Below, piece by piece: positions 1 through 12,202 of a stretch of DNA of 64,000 bases (positions are counted from its first letter, which is position 1; every line of letters begins with the position of its first letter). The translations under genes and the position numbers were made by a program. The notes under the pieces were generated by a model. It was given only the letters and a program-made list of their open reading frames with translations. It was not told where the DNA came from and searched no databases. Origin of the DNA: Styela clava (taxonomy: Eukaryota); NCBI RefSeq assembly GCF_964204865.1, contig NC_135255.1, forward strand, positions 7,564,001 through 7,628,000, given 5' to 3'.

Positions 1-3000
1 AACTAGCTTCCAAATAAAATAGTATATTTCTGTGAAGTCCGTTAAAACATTTTTGAATGGTCTTTATCACTATCCCCAAATTTTGATTTAATTCATTTCA
101 TCTGGTAAATTTCAAATTATATCTCTTATAATGTGGAAGGATTCCCGTTTTTACTTTACTGTCAGTCTGATATGAGATAATCAAACCCCTTCTGATAAGT
201 CAGATTTGTGCCCACGAGTTGCAGCAGTTATTTATTTGAGTCATACAATGTCGTAAACATCCTGAAGTACAAATTTCTTGAACAAATATTGTTTTAATAC
301 ATATATTTATATACTGGATAATTCCATATTGGCCGCAAACCAGGGTATCTGATAATTACATGTGTATATCTTGTTTTGCTTCATATTATCTACAACATCA
401 ATGAAAATAAAATTTATCACATACATGTTAAACATGTCTGAATGTTGAACTTACAGCAATTACTATTCTAATAATTTGTCTTAAGCTAAATAGCAATTTT
501 CAAAACCTAACCAAGTGAAATATTAAATTCCTTTTTGCCAATTTGAACAAATTCAGAATATTCCGAATTTAAAAAGCAATTGAAGAGGAAATCTTAGATT
601 GGTAACCTATTATTATATAATATAGAGTTCTGCAATAATGTATCATCGTAAAAAAATTTGCAATTATGATACATTTTCTACTTCTATTACAGGAAATTCA
701 GAAACCTTTGCAATTTTAAAAAGTCGTATACGCAAACCAGAATCAGGAGAATCGTTGGCAGAATGTTCATTCAAAACAAAAACCTCATCTAAGTATCTTC
801 CATGCAAATGTAAGATTCCTTTCACTATCCCATGGTATCCGTGTCTGGTCAAATACTGCCCATCGAAGAATTCTCAAGGTGCGTATTTTCTTTAACAATG
901 ATTATAAAGCTGTGGATATAGGTAGAGCTAGGCGTTTTCGAAACATCGATGTTTATCATTATTTTTATCTCAAGAAGAGGAAGTCCCTTGCACCCTATGT
1001 AATGGCTGGGCTCATTTGCTATGTTATCTGATGCCATAGTTTTTTATTCTGTGAAAATGTGATACCTTGACGAATTTTAGTTTGCATTCACTATGATGCT
1101 GTAATATTCCATTTCTAAAGTTTAAACAGCGCTGTTTCGATATATCAGTGTTGCGAAACGCCCAGCCCTAGATATTAGGTCACCTTTCACTCATAGTTAT
1201 GAGACATATTACATTCAACATTACACATACTTTTTTGCATAAAATATGGAAATCACATGCAATTTGAAAACATATTTTTCATATTAATGCCTTAAAATTA
1301 GAACTATTCTGGTACCTTTTAAAAATTGTGACCTTCACAAAATCAGTGGCACTCAAAGCCGCTCATACTGAAAGAGTGAATATACCTAATGTTCACCATT
1401 TCTGATTGGATGCACCACTGATGAAAAAAATGCTATATATGTTACTGTGTGTGTACTGTGAATATGGTTTACTGGCTGGAATGGTGATAGATCTGTTTTT
1501 CTATGTCATTGGTTGTTTTTGTTTGCTCGATTTTTTTCACTCGATTCCATGACTCACTGTTAGATTCAAATTCCAGTCATCAATCATTGAGTCATCTGAA
1601 TCGATTTCATTTTTGATTTTCAAATTGAAATCATCCCAAATCATTATGATGCAAAAACTAATGCTGAGCTAATCTTGATTTTTGGATAGTATTTTACCAA
1701 ATATATTTTCAATTGTGTCCTCCTTTATTGGCAAGATTGCCAATTAAAAATGTTCAAATGGTTTTATTTCTGTGACTATGCAAATATTCTCCACTTTTAT
1801 TTTAAGCTTCTCAAATTATTATTATCCATCTATAAATTTGCGGCTTTATCATGGAGATAGTTATGTTATCACAATTATTGGAATCGCAATGGGACTTCAT
1901 TTTTGGCTTCATTTTTTTAAATATCGGATATTTTATATGTTTTATTGTCGCAATCTTGTAATGGATTATTTTTTCATAATTTAACAAAAGGAATTTTTAT
2001 TCAGGAAACTCTGTAACAACTCGTTGTGGAATCAAGTCATGTCGGATAACACACAATCTTGGTTATATTGCGAACCATCCATTATATTGTCATTGGGGTG
2101 TGACATGACGTCTGTTTACCTGATGATATCATCAATTCAATGACCACTGATATGATCTGACCATTTCTTCACTGATGGTAGGACATGTATTTCAAACCCA
2201 TTTGCTTTTGTCAAGCCTAACCTCCATCTTTGAAAATTGTTATAGTGCAATTTGTATTTTTCCCAAGTGCTGCTTTTTGTTTATATTTTATTTTGAATAT
2301 GATTATTTCCTTTTTTGATTCTTGACAATTGGGTATTCTCAAGTTATTATGGAACTTTTTTTTTCATTGCTAGTATTCTGTAGAAAAAATTTGCTTTGAG
2401 TATGTGCCATGTTTTTCTGTGCTTTTTCAGCCAACTTTTTCTGTATTCTATTCTGTAACTTGTCTAATTTTTCAATGTAAAAATGATGAAACATTCTCTG
2501 ATTGGTTATGCAGAAACATGGTTGTAAGCCCTGTAAAATATAAGATGCAATTTCTAATACATTGCTCTTGTTTTGTGCAAGACAAATTTGGATAAGATTT
2601 TTGTCATAGCCTAATTCAGTAACTGAATATATCCTATTAAAATGAAAGCTCTGTCAATTAGTGCTATGTAGAATAATTCTCCACTGTTTTGTTGTTGCAG
2701 TATTTAAGCATTTTTCATACCATTTTGGTGGATGAATCCTACAATACAGGAAACATGGAAAAATGATCGAACAAAACCATTTATATTTTTTTCTGTTTAA
2801 AAATTTGTTTTTCAAGTGCCAAAGTTCTCTTCAAGACGAATCTTAATTTTTGACTTGAATGTCACTGATGTTATTATAATACCTAGCATAGAACAGGATG
2901 AACACAATAATTCATAAAATACACAGACTTGCTTCGCCACACAATCCATCAAAACCTATTTTTGAAACATTGTTTTATCTATTGCATCAAATTCAATTGA

Positions 3001-3066
3001 TCCCATCTTTTTGTGGTAAATTTTTGTATGACTCGAGCATATGTCAGATTTTTTCTTGGTTTAAAC

Positions 3067-3646
3067 CAGGGGTGTGCAACAGGCGGCGGCCTGCAGGTCA
3101 CAACCCGGCCCGCCAATCCATTTAGTGTGGCCCTCATCAATGCTCAGATTTTTCCCCATCAAGCATAAATTCCTAATCCAACAGTTTATGTTTAAAAGGG
3201 CGCTCACATGGATAAAAATACAAAATATTTTTTTGTGCTTGATCTTTCACCGTTTTGCCTGGTGCTTTCATTACTGTAAGGCTAAGCAATAGCCTTCTCC
3301 TCCCTTTGGTTGTCGCTATTGTATTTCGCTTGGGTGCTCAAGGAGTATGCGCACCAAGATGTCGCACAACCTGAATCCTAACCGGTACACACACACTATG
3401 TTCAGGTTATGCGCCATCTTGGTGCGCATACTTCTGGAGATCCTTCCCTTGTTTTAAATATTATATTGTGGCTGCTTGGCACTTCCCAGCCACCAGCTTC
3501 CTGAAGCAGCTCAGCAGCCTATTTTGCTAGTTTCACAACGGCACTATTTTTTTGTTAATTTCAGGGCTACCAAAATGTAGGCAGCTAAGAAATGAAATTT
3601 TTTGTGTGGCCCAGCTAGATGTTTGAAGTATTGTTGCACACCCTTG
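3067..3646. mobile_element. Non-autonomous hAT (Charlie-like) MITE
   Basis: 14-bp TIRs CAGGGGTGTGCAAC / GTTGCACACCCTTG (1 mismatch); degenerate 8-bp TSD GTTTAAAC / ATTTGAAC; no coding capacity. Confidence 0.8.
3332..3443. mobile_element. Small foldback/hairpin MITE, copy 1, nested in the 3067-3646 MITE
   Basis: ~34-bp arms GGAGTATGCGCACCAAGATGTCGCACAACCTGAA (3342-3375) and TTCAGGTTATGCGCCATCTTGGTGCGCATACTTC (3401-3434); related copy at 12203-12300. Confidence 0.75.
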
Positions 3647-6600
3647 ATTTGAACCCACAGTACATATTGGCATTATCTGAGATCTTAAGTAGAACCATCA
3701 TCTGCCAGATTGATTGTCTGTATCATAACCTCAACAGCTATATTTTCATCTTATTATCTAACAAGGTTTCCTCAGAAGTGTTTTCTTTGCATTGTGCAGT
3801 TTGTTTCATTTATTTCTTTTCATTTTCGTATTTCAGTTGAGTTTTTCTGATCATGTCGTACTATCCGTCCAGTAATTACAGTTTTGAATGAATGTTACCA
3901 ACACCAAAATGAATGTTTAGTTTAAGTTATCCACATTCAATACATTGACCCAGAGTTATGAGTTGATTATTGTGCAATGGACATTATCTATAGTGTGAAA
4001 TTAAATTACAGAATTTTGACCTAAATCATGTTCTTCTTGCGCTTCAAAAAAACTTTCATATAAAGTTGATGAAAAAGTTTTTTTCAAATTGGTTATCCTT
4101 TTTGTGGGCATCTTCTATAAATCGACCAGTCTTGTGGGCAGCATTCATGGGAAATCTGATGCTGTGAACGGCTCTTTTAAATCCTGATGTATAATATATA
4201 ATGCCATGTTTGCTGCAAAGTTTTTCGATCAATATTGGGTGGAACATTTTTTTAGAACATTCCTAACCGCTTTTCTTCCGTGGCCCATTTTTGCTGAACA
4301 AAAATTCTGTAGTCCATTAACTTTTTATGCAAGGGAAAAACTACAAAAAAACTGTCCGCAAAGATAGACACTTTCACTTTACTAATTAGAATGAAAATTA
4401 CCCCTCTGTAGTAAAAGACATCATCATTCATTGGCACTACAATCGAAATTTAACTATAGAGACACAAATGAAACTGAATTTATCAATAACTTTAGCAATT
4501 TTTAACAAGTTTGTGGTCCACTTGGAAGTGTCGCTGTGGCCTAGCAGGGGCCATGGCTCAACCAGTGGTTTAGAAACACTTGGAAAAGGTTCATTCTTCA
4601 TTAATGAAATGTAAATGGATTATTTGTCTGCCATTTAACTGTGTGATGGTCAGCATCAGGGTTTTATGGAAGGAACATTTAAAGTCATGTTTGTACTTTC
4701 AAATTACCAGTTACCACCCATGATTTTGAGTCATTGTCAAAAAGGCATTGATCAACACAGATTAGTTTGTAGTCTAGCTTTTTCTTAGCACAAGAGCTTA
4801 ATTTAAAATTTGAACCTCAAAACTTCACAGTCCTCAATATTATAATACTCCAGATATTTTGTTATGGTGCTGGAATGAATTTACTCATACGCTCATTTTT
4901 TATGTTTTTGATACCTCAGGTTATTGTATGATGTACATAGTTTTTGTATTTATCATTTCTTTCACATTGTATTCGACATTAAAGTATCTGCCAGGAAATG
5001 TTATGCGTTTTTCTACTCCAGGTTGCCTCATGCTCGGTGCTGGTGTCATTTTTGTGGCAAAAAAAAACTGTTCGAAATTTTTGGTAGTGCAATAACGGCT
5101 GCCATAAAACTCGTCTGTAAAAATAATTATAGCTTTCCAGTGACGGTGAAATTTGAGATGGGTTAGTCCAGGTCTTTCTTGCAAAGGGACGCACTGGGAA
5201 AAGTACTTAATTGGTTTCCTTCTCTCGTTCAGTCATTTTTCTAACTGATTCAATAATTTTTTTAAAGTGGTCGAATCATCCGTAGTACTACTACTACTAC
5301 TGATTACATCCGTCTGGAGCTAAATCAGACAACGCTCGACTCTGGCTGGCTTCGTCGCCACGGGGACCTTATCTTCGCGGTTTTCTGGCCGGCAATCGCT
5401 TCTTTTTCTCAAACAGTCGTTTTTCCTAACCTTTATATCGGTGTGTTCTCGGTCTGTCTGTATCATTTAATTCCTTTTGACACTTCCTATTTTTAGTCCG
5501 GCAGAATCGGGCCTTAACATTGTTTTGGGACATTCGTTACTCTCGTGTGCGTATACCAGGTTAGGGTTAGGCCATAATTTTATTCCGATTTTCCGTATTT
5601 TAGTCATATTATGAGTTCGAGGACTGTCTGTGTTAGCCAAGTGATTATACACAACTTAGACCAAACAATGTGCATTCTTTTTTGAAAAATAGGAGTTGAT
5701 AGTGTATTTGTCATCGTGTGGTAATTTTTTTTTACATACTTCGCTAGTTTTTTTTATTGTTTAGATATACTGTCGATGACATAAATAATGATACCCAGGA
5801 GGGTGTGGAGTAGAGATGTACCGATAACACTTTTGTCGCCGATACCGATTCGATACCAGCTAAAAAGGCCGATACCGATACGCCGATACTATAAAAAGGC
5901 CGATATTCCGATACCGATACTATGTAATTATTACTTAATTAGGTGTGCTGTGCATGGCAGACGGGTTAAAACAATGGTCATTGAGCGTTGTTCATAGTAC
6001 ACATTATTTCAGATCGAAAAAAAGAGATATATATATCACATATTATGAAATTGATGTTTGGTATCCAGATGCTTTAACTAATTAAGATGCATTGTACAGT
6101 GATGCTAGTAATCTCCGTGTTCAATTAGAAAACTCATAAGCCGGGATGTCCAATTCGAATTTAATGTTAATATCGCGACCTTCGAATATCGTTATTCGTG
6201 ATTAAAAGAATATCGAATATCGCCCAGACATTCTAGCGCCGCCGTCCTACGTTCAAACTAAAAGCATTCTACAAATATTTTATTTTGTGGTTAATCGTAA
6301 TCGTCGCCGCAGTAAATCAAAATCAACATGATAGAATATCAATCAGCACCGGCAAGAAGAAGGCCTACCTATAACCGTCGAGGATGTTTTTTTACTTTAC
6401 TATTTTATAATATTTTACAATTGCTATCATATATTTTGAGACAGTCTAAGCCAGGGGTCACCAACCTTTTCGGAGCCGTGGGCTACTTTCTGGGTACAGA
6501 TTGAGCCGAGGGCTACCAGTTCAATTCACACTTCCAAAAAAGTCAAATTGCTCGATTAAGCTTCAATAATTGGTAATTACTGGTATTTAGTCAGGTAAAA

Positions 6601-7127
6601 ACACTGATAAACTTTAGAATACTTCAGAAAATCAAACGATTATCACAACGTAGCAAATAAATCACTATCCAAGGAACTTCCATTTTCAAGCTGATTGTTT
6701 TGAAAAATGTTGATTCACAAAGATAGCTCGAACCAAACACTGGTCTCGTAAAATAGGATCGCTGTTTGATTTAAAAGGCGAGCTTGTTCTGCCTTTACTG
6801 CGCTGATAGATAGTGACAAGATGTGAAATATCTCTCCGCTTTGTCGTTACTTATAATCGCCCCGCAAATTAGACATACGTAAGGTGGTAAAGGGAAATCC
6901 ATCCCCCACTCATCGTGAAAATGGTGGGTTTTCTTTCGTTTTTCTGTCATTTTTCTTCCAAATCAATATATATATATCTGTATTATTGCTGCTCCACAAA
7001 TCAACGGACAACAAAAAACGCAGGTTCGTCGGAGGTGACATCTGTTTGATGTCATAATTGAGAGAGTATTGAATGACCCGTCACATTACTGAGGTCTAAT
7101 ACTAATCAGGATGATCGTTACAATAAT

Positions 7128-9713
7128 AACTAGAGCTGCGTGCAGCTTTAACAGGCTTCCCGCGTAAAAAAAACTGAAGACGCGTTATCATTGTTATGAA
7201 TTTCAACCCAATACCATGTATCAATTTTGTGAAATCGCAAAAAAACTGAAGACGCGTTTTGCTCACTGGAGCGTGAAAGCGTGGTCAGTCATGCATAAAA
7301 TTTGCAAATTATGATGGGGGACTTATTATCTGCATGTGATGTAAATTTTAAGTCTCTAAGTAGTGTCGTTCTCGAGGAGAAGATGAAAATGTAAAATCCT
7401 ATATTGCTCACTGGAGTGTATCGCCGAGGTCACTCATGCGTATCCTTGACATATTGTATCCGGAACATGTCCATTAATCATTGTTATGAATTTCAACCCA
7501 ATACCATGTATCAATTTTGAGAAATTGCAAAAAAACTGAAAACGCGTTTTGCTCACTGGAGCGTGAAAGCATGGTCAGTCATGCATAAAATTTGCAATTT
7601 ATGATGGGGGACTTATTATCTGCATGTGATGTAAATTTCAAGTCTCTAAGTAGTGTCGTTCTCGAGAAGAAGATGAAAATGTAAAATCCTATATTGATCA
7701 CTGGAGCGTATCACCGACGTCACTCATGCGTATCCTTGACATATCGTATCCGGAACATGTCCATTAATCATTGTTATGAATTTCAACCCAATAGCATGTA
7801 TCATTTTTGAGAAATCGCAAAAAATCTGAAAACGCATTTTGCTCACTGGAGCGTGAAAGCATGGTCAGTCATGCATAAAATTTGCATTTTATTGCTAGCT
7901 GAGAACTTCTGCACATTTGAGGTGAATTTCAAGTTTGTAGGACCAATTTGAAAAAAAAAAAAAAAATAATAATAATAATAACTAGAGCTGCGTGCAGCTT
8001 TAACAGGCTTCCCGCGTAAAAAAAACTGAAGACGCGTTTTGCTCACTGGAGCGTGAAAGCGTGGTCAGTCATGCATAAAATTTGCAATTTAAGATGGGGG
8101 ACTTATTATCTGCATGTGATGTAAATTTCAAGTCTCTAAGTAGTGTCGTTCTCGAGAAGAAGAGGAAAATGTAAAATCCTATATTGCTCACTGGAGCGTA
8201 TCGCCGTGGTCACTCATGCGTATCCTTGACATATCGTATCCGGAACATGTCCATTAATCATTGTTATGAATTTCAACCCAATAGCATGTATCAATTTTAA
8301 GGAATCGCAAAAAAACTGAAGACGCGTTTTGCTCACTGGAGCATGAAAGCATGGTCAGTCATGCATAAAATTTGCGAACTATGATGGGGGACTTATTATC
8401 TGCATGTGATGTAAATTTCAAGTCTCTAAGTAGTGTCGTTCTCGAGAAGAAGATGAAAATGTAAAATCCTATATTGCTCACTGGAGCGTATCGCCGAGGT
8501 CACTCATGCGTATCCTTGACATATTGTATCCGGAACATGTCCATTAATCATTGTTATGAATTTCAACCCAATACCATGTATCAATTTTAAGAAATTGCAA
8601 AAAAACTGAAAACGCGTTTTACTCACTGGAGCGTGAAAGCGTGGTCAGTCATGCACAAAATTTGCATTTTATTGCTAGCTGTGAACTTCTGCACATTTGA
8701 GGTGAATTTCAAGTTTGTAGGACCAATTTGAAAAAAAAAATAATAATAATAAATAAATAATAATAATAAAACACAGGAATACAATAGGTTCCCTGCTGAC
8801 AAGCAGCGGGAAGCCTAATAATAATAATAAATAATAACTAGAGCTGCGTGCAGCTTTAACAGGCTTCCCGCGTAAAAAAAAACTGAAGACGCGTTTTGCT
8901 CACTGGAGCGTGAAAGCGTGGTCAGTCATGCATAAAATTCGCAATTTATGATGGGGGACTTATTATCTGCATGTGATGTAAATTTCAAGTCTCCAAGTAG
9001 TGTCGTTCTCGAGAAGAAGATGAAAATGTAAAATCCTATATTGCTTACTGGAGCGTCTCGCCGAGGTCACTCATGCGTGTCCTTGACATATCGTATCCGG
9101 AACATGTCCATTAATCATTGTTATAAATTTCAACCCAATAGCATGTATTAATTTTGAGAAATCGCAAAAAAACTGAAAACGCGTTTTGTTCACTGGAGCG
9201 TGAAAGCGTGGTCACTCATGCATAAAATTTGCAATTTATGATGGGGGACTTATTATCTGCATGTGATGTAAATTTCAAGTCTCTAAGTAGTGTCGTTCTC
9301 GAGAAGAAGATGAAAATGTAAAATCCTATATTGATCACTGGAGCGTATCGCCCGAGGCCACTCATGCGTATCTTTGACATATCGTATCCGGAACATGTCC
9401 ATTAATCATTGTTATGAATTTCAACCCAATAGCATGTATCAATTTTGAGAAATCGCAAAAAAACTGAAAACGCGTTTTGCTCACTGGAGCGTGAAAGCAT
9501 GGACAGTCATGCATAAAATTTGCATTTTATTGCTAGCTGAGAACTTCTGCACATTTGAGGTGAATTTCAAGTTTGTAGGACCAATTTGAAAAAAAAAATA
9601 ATAATAATAATAAAACACAGGAATACAATAGGTTTCCTGCTGACAAGCAGCGGGAAGCCTAAAAACACAGGAATACAATAGGTTCCCTGCTGACAAGCAG
9701 CGGGAAGCCTAAT
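7128..9713 (-). mobile_element. Array of three HINE/DINE-1-like (Helitron/Helentron non-autonomous) elements, minus orientation
   Basis: 3' ends (CTAG next to hairpin AGCTGC-xx-GCAGCT, then subTIR) at 7130, 7982 and 8838. 5' ends (subTIR plus internal inverted repeat) end near 8819, 9661 and 9713. Each copy has a (TAA)n microsatellite and central 290-bp tandem repeats. No TSD; T-rich insertion sites. Confidence 0.8.
7261..7890. repeat. Central tandem repeat: 290-bp dimer of two diverged 145-bp monomers (also present in the other four copies)
   Basis: The GCTCACTGGAG motif (minor variants) recurs at 7261, 7406, 7551, 7696, 7841 (period 145) and likewise at 8041/8186/8331/8476/8621. Alternate monomers are near-identical; adjacent monomers are diverged. 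Confidence 0.92.
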
Positions 9714-9810
9714 TAACATAGTGTCAGTTCCCACATACAGACATAAGTGCGATTTATACAAGAATAGTAGGACAAAAATGAATTGATGTAGCTTACGTAT
9801 AAGCGCCGTT

Positions 9811-11475
9811 ATTAGGCTTCCCGCTGCTTGTCAGCAGGGAACCTATTGTATTCCTGTGTTTTATTATTAGGCTTCCCGCTGCTTGTCAGCAGGGAACCTA
9901 TTGTATTCCTGTGTTTTATTATTATTATTATTATTATTATTTTTTTTTCAAATTGGTCCTACAACCTTGAAATTCACCTCAAATGTGCAGAAGTTCTCAG
10001 CTAGCAATAAAATGCAAATTTTATGCATGACTGACCATGCTTTCACGCTCCAGTGAGCAAAACGCGTTTTCAGTTTTTTTGCGATTTCTCAAAATTGATA
10101 CATGCTATTGGGTTGAAATTCATAACAATGATTAATGGACATGTTCCGGATACGATATGTCAAGGATACGCATGAGTGACCTCGGCGATACGCTCCAGTG
10201 ATCAATATAGGATTTTACATTTTCATCTTCTTCTCGAGAACGACACTACTGAGAGACTTGAAATTTACATCACATGCAGATAATAAGTCCCCCAGCATAA
10301 ATTGCAAATTTTATGCATGAGTGACCACGCTTTCACGCTCCAGTGAACAAAACGCGTTTTCAGTTTTTTTGCGATTTCTCAAAATTGATACATGCTATTG
10401 GGTTGAAATTCATAACAATGATTAATGGACATGTTCCGGATACGATATGTCAAGGACACGCATGAGTGACCTCGGCGATACGCTCCCGTGAGCAATATAG
10501 GATTTTACATTTTCAACTTCTTCTTGAGAACGACACTACTTAGAGACTTGAAATTTACATCACATGCAGATAACAAGTCCCCCATCATAAATTGCGAATT
10601 TTATGCATGACTGACCACGCTTTCACGCTCCAGTGAGCAAAACGCGTCTTCAGTTTTTTTTACGCGGGAAGCCTGTTAAAGCTGCACGCAGCTCTAGTTA
10701 TTATTTATTATTATTATTTTTTTTTCAAATTGGTCCTACAAACTTGAAATTCACCTCAAATGTGCAGAAGTTCTCAGCTAGCAATAAAATGCAAATTTTA
10801 TGCATGACTGACCACGCTTTCACGCTCAAGTGAGCAAAACGCGTATTCAGTTTTTTGCGATTCCTCAAAATTGATACATGGTATTGGGTTGAAATTCATA
10901 ACAATGATTAATGGACATGTTCCGGATACAATATGTCAAGGATACGCATGAGTGATCTCGGCGATACGCTCCAGTGAGCAATATAGGATTTTACATTTTC
11001 ATCTTCTTCTCGAGAACGACAATACTTAGAGACTTGAAATTTACATCACATGCAGACAATAAGTCCCCCATCATAGTTTGCAAATTTTATGCATGACTGA
11101 CCACGCTTTCACGCTCCAGTGAGCAAAACGCGTTTTCAGTTTTTTTGCGATTTCTTAAAATTGATACTTGCTATTGGGTTGAAATTCATAACAATGATTA
11201 ATGGACATGTTCCGGATACGACATGTCAAGGATACGCATGAGTGACCTCGGCGATACTCTCCAGTGAGCAATATAGGATTTCACATTTTCATCTTCTTCT
11301 CGAGAACGACACTACTTAGAGACTTGAAATTTACATCACATGCAGATAATAAGTCCCCCATCGTAAACTGCAAATTTTATGCATGACTGACCACGCTTTC
11401 ACGCTCCAGTGAACAAAACGCGTCTTCAGTTTTTTTTACGCGGGAAGCCTGTTAAAGCTGCACGCAGCTCTAGTT
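9811..11475 (+). mobile_element. Array of two HINE/DINE-1-like elements, plus orientation (copy 9866-10697 nested in copy 9811-11473)
   Basis: 5' ATTAGGCTTCCCGC-TGCTTGTCAGCA-GGGAACCTA at 9811 and 9866; then (TTA)n, tandem repeats, 3' subTIR GCGGGAAGCCT and hairpin AGCTGCACGCAGCT, with CTAG at 10694-10697 and 11470-11473. Confidence 0.8.
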
Positions 11476-12202
11476 ATGTTTATTTTGGAACAGACATGCG
11501 GGCGACTTATGTGGTCTTCACCGGCGACTTGGTGCCCGCGGGCAACGGGTTGGTGACCCCTGGTCTAAGCGGTCATGTCAATATATATATCTATGAAGAA
11601 ATTGTGTAGTTAAACAAAATTAAAATTCAAACCTGCGTAAAGGGATAATTGTGTCGGAATTTAGTTTATCGATGTCGACGGACTAAATGACACTCGTACT
11701 TGAAGACAAACAGTCACAATTTATAGCCGTGCCAAAAGTGCATGTGCTGTTAAAAAAGGACTCCAATTCCACTGTATGATTTAAAACTGGGCGCCTAGTT
11801 GCTTTCTGTTATGTGCTGTGTTGACATATTTTTTCATAATTACTATGTAATATCGAAAATGTCAATATAAAAATTTGGCAGCGAAAAGAGCCAACTTAGT
11901 TGAGCTAGTTTGGCTGGTAAATAGCTAAAATCAGGTGAATCCTATTCCCTCGCGGGGGTGGGGACATGTATGGCTCATAGCTCACGATCTCTCCAGAAAT
12001 AAATTAAAAATTAGGATTCCAACTTATCTTTTAAATTTTAAAACATCCTGGACGATATCAAAAAGAAAAATATATTGGAAATATCGGCATCTGATCGATA
12101 CCGATACATGGCCGATACCGAAAAAATGGCCGATATTGCCGATACCGATACATCTCTAGTGTGTAGTATACAATGTTGAGCAATTTTTTTCAGTGGATTT
12201 TA

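Larger units (their letters stand above)
6452..11562. mobile_element. Inner non-autonomous hAT (Charlie-like) MITE nested in 5811-12158
   Basis: Perfect TIR CAGGGGTCACCAACC / GGTTGGTGACCCCTG and perfect 8-bp TSD GTCTAAGC (6444-6451 and 11563-11570). About 0.86 kb once the inserts are removed. Confidence 0.92.
5811..12158. mobile_element. Outer non-autonomous hAT MITE (TAGAGATG-type TIR), host of nested insertions
   Basis: TIR TAGAGATGTA (5811-5820) / TACATCTCTA (12149-12158); 8-bp TSD GTGTGGAG (5803-5810) / GTGTGTAG (12159-12166); dense subterminal CCGATA(C) repeats at both ends. About 1.2 kb once the inserts are removed. Confidence 0.88.

Noticed and set aside
6141-6236. Possible tiny hAT relic with GAATATCG repeats
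   Set aside because: TIRs are weak and there is no TSD; cannot be supported as a separate element.
7261-11430. CRISPR-like regularly spaced repeats
   Set aside because: Units are 145/290-bp tandem repeats with no unique spacers; eukaryotic context and no cas genes.
7843-11609. Repeated short ORFs (MSKTRLQFFLRGKPVKAARSS...)
   Set aside because: By-products of the repeated non-coding element; alternative start codons, and they run across microsatellites.
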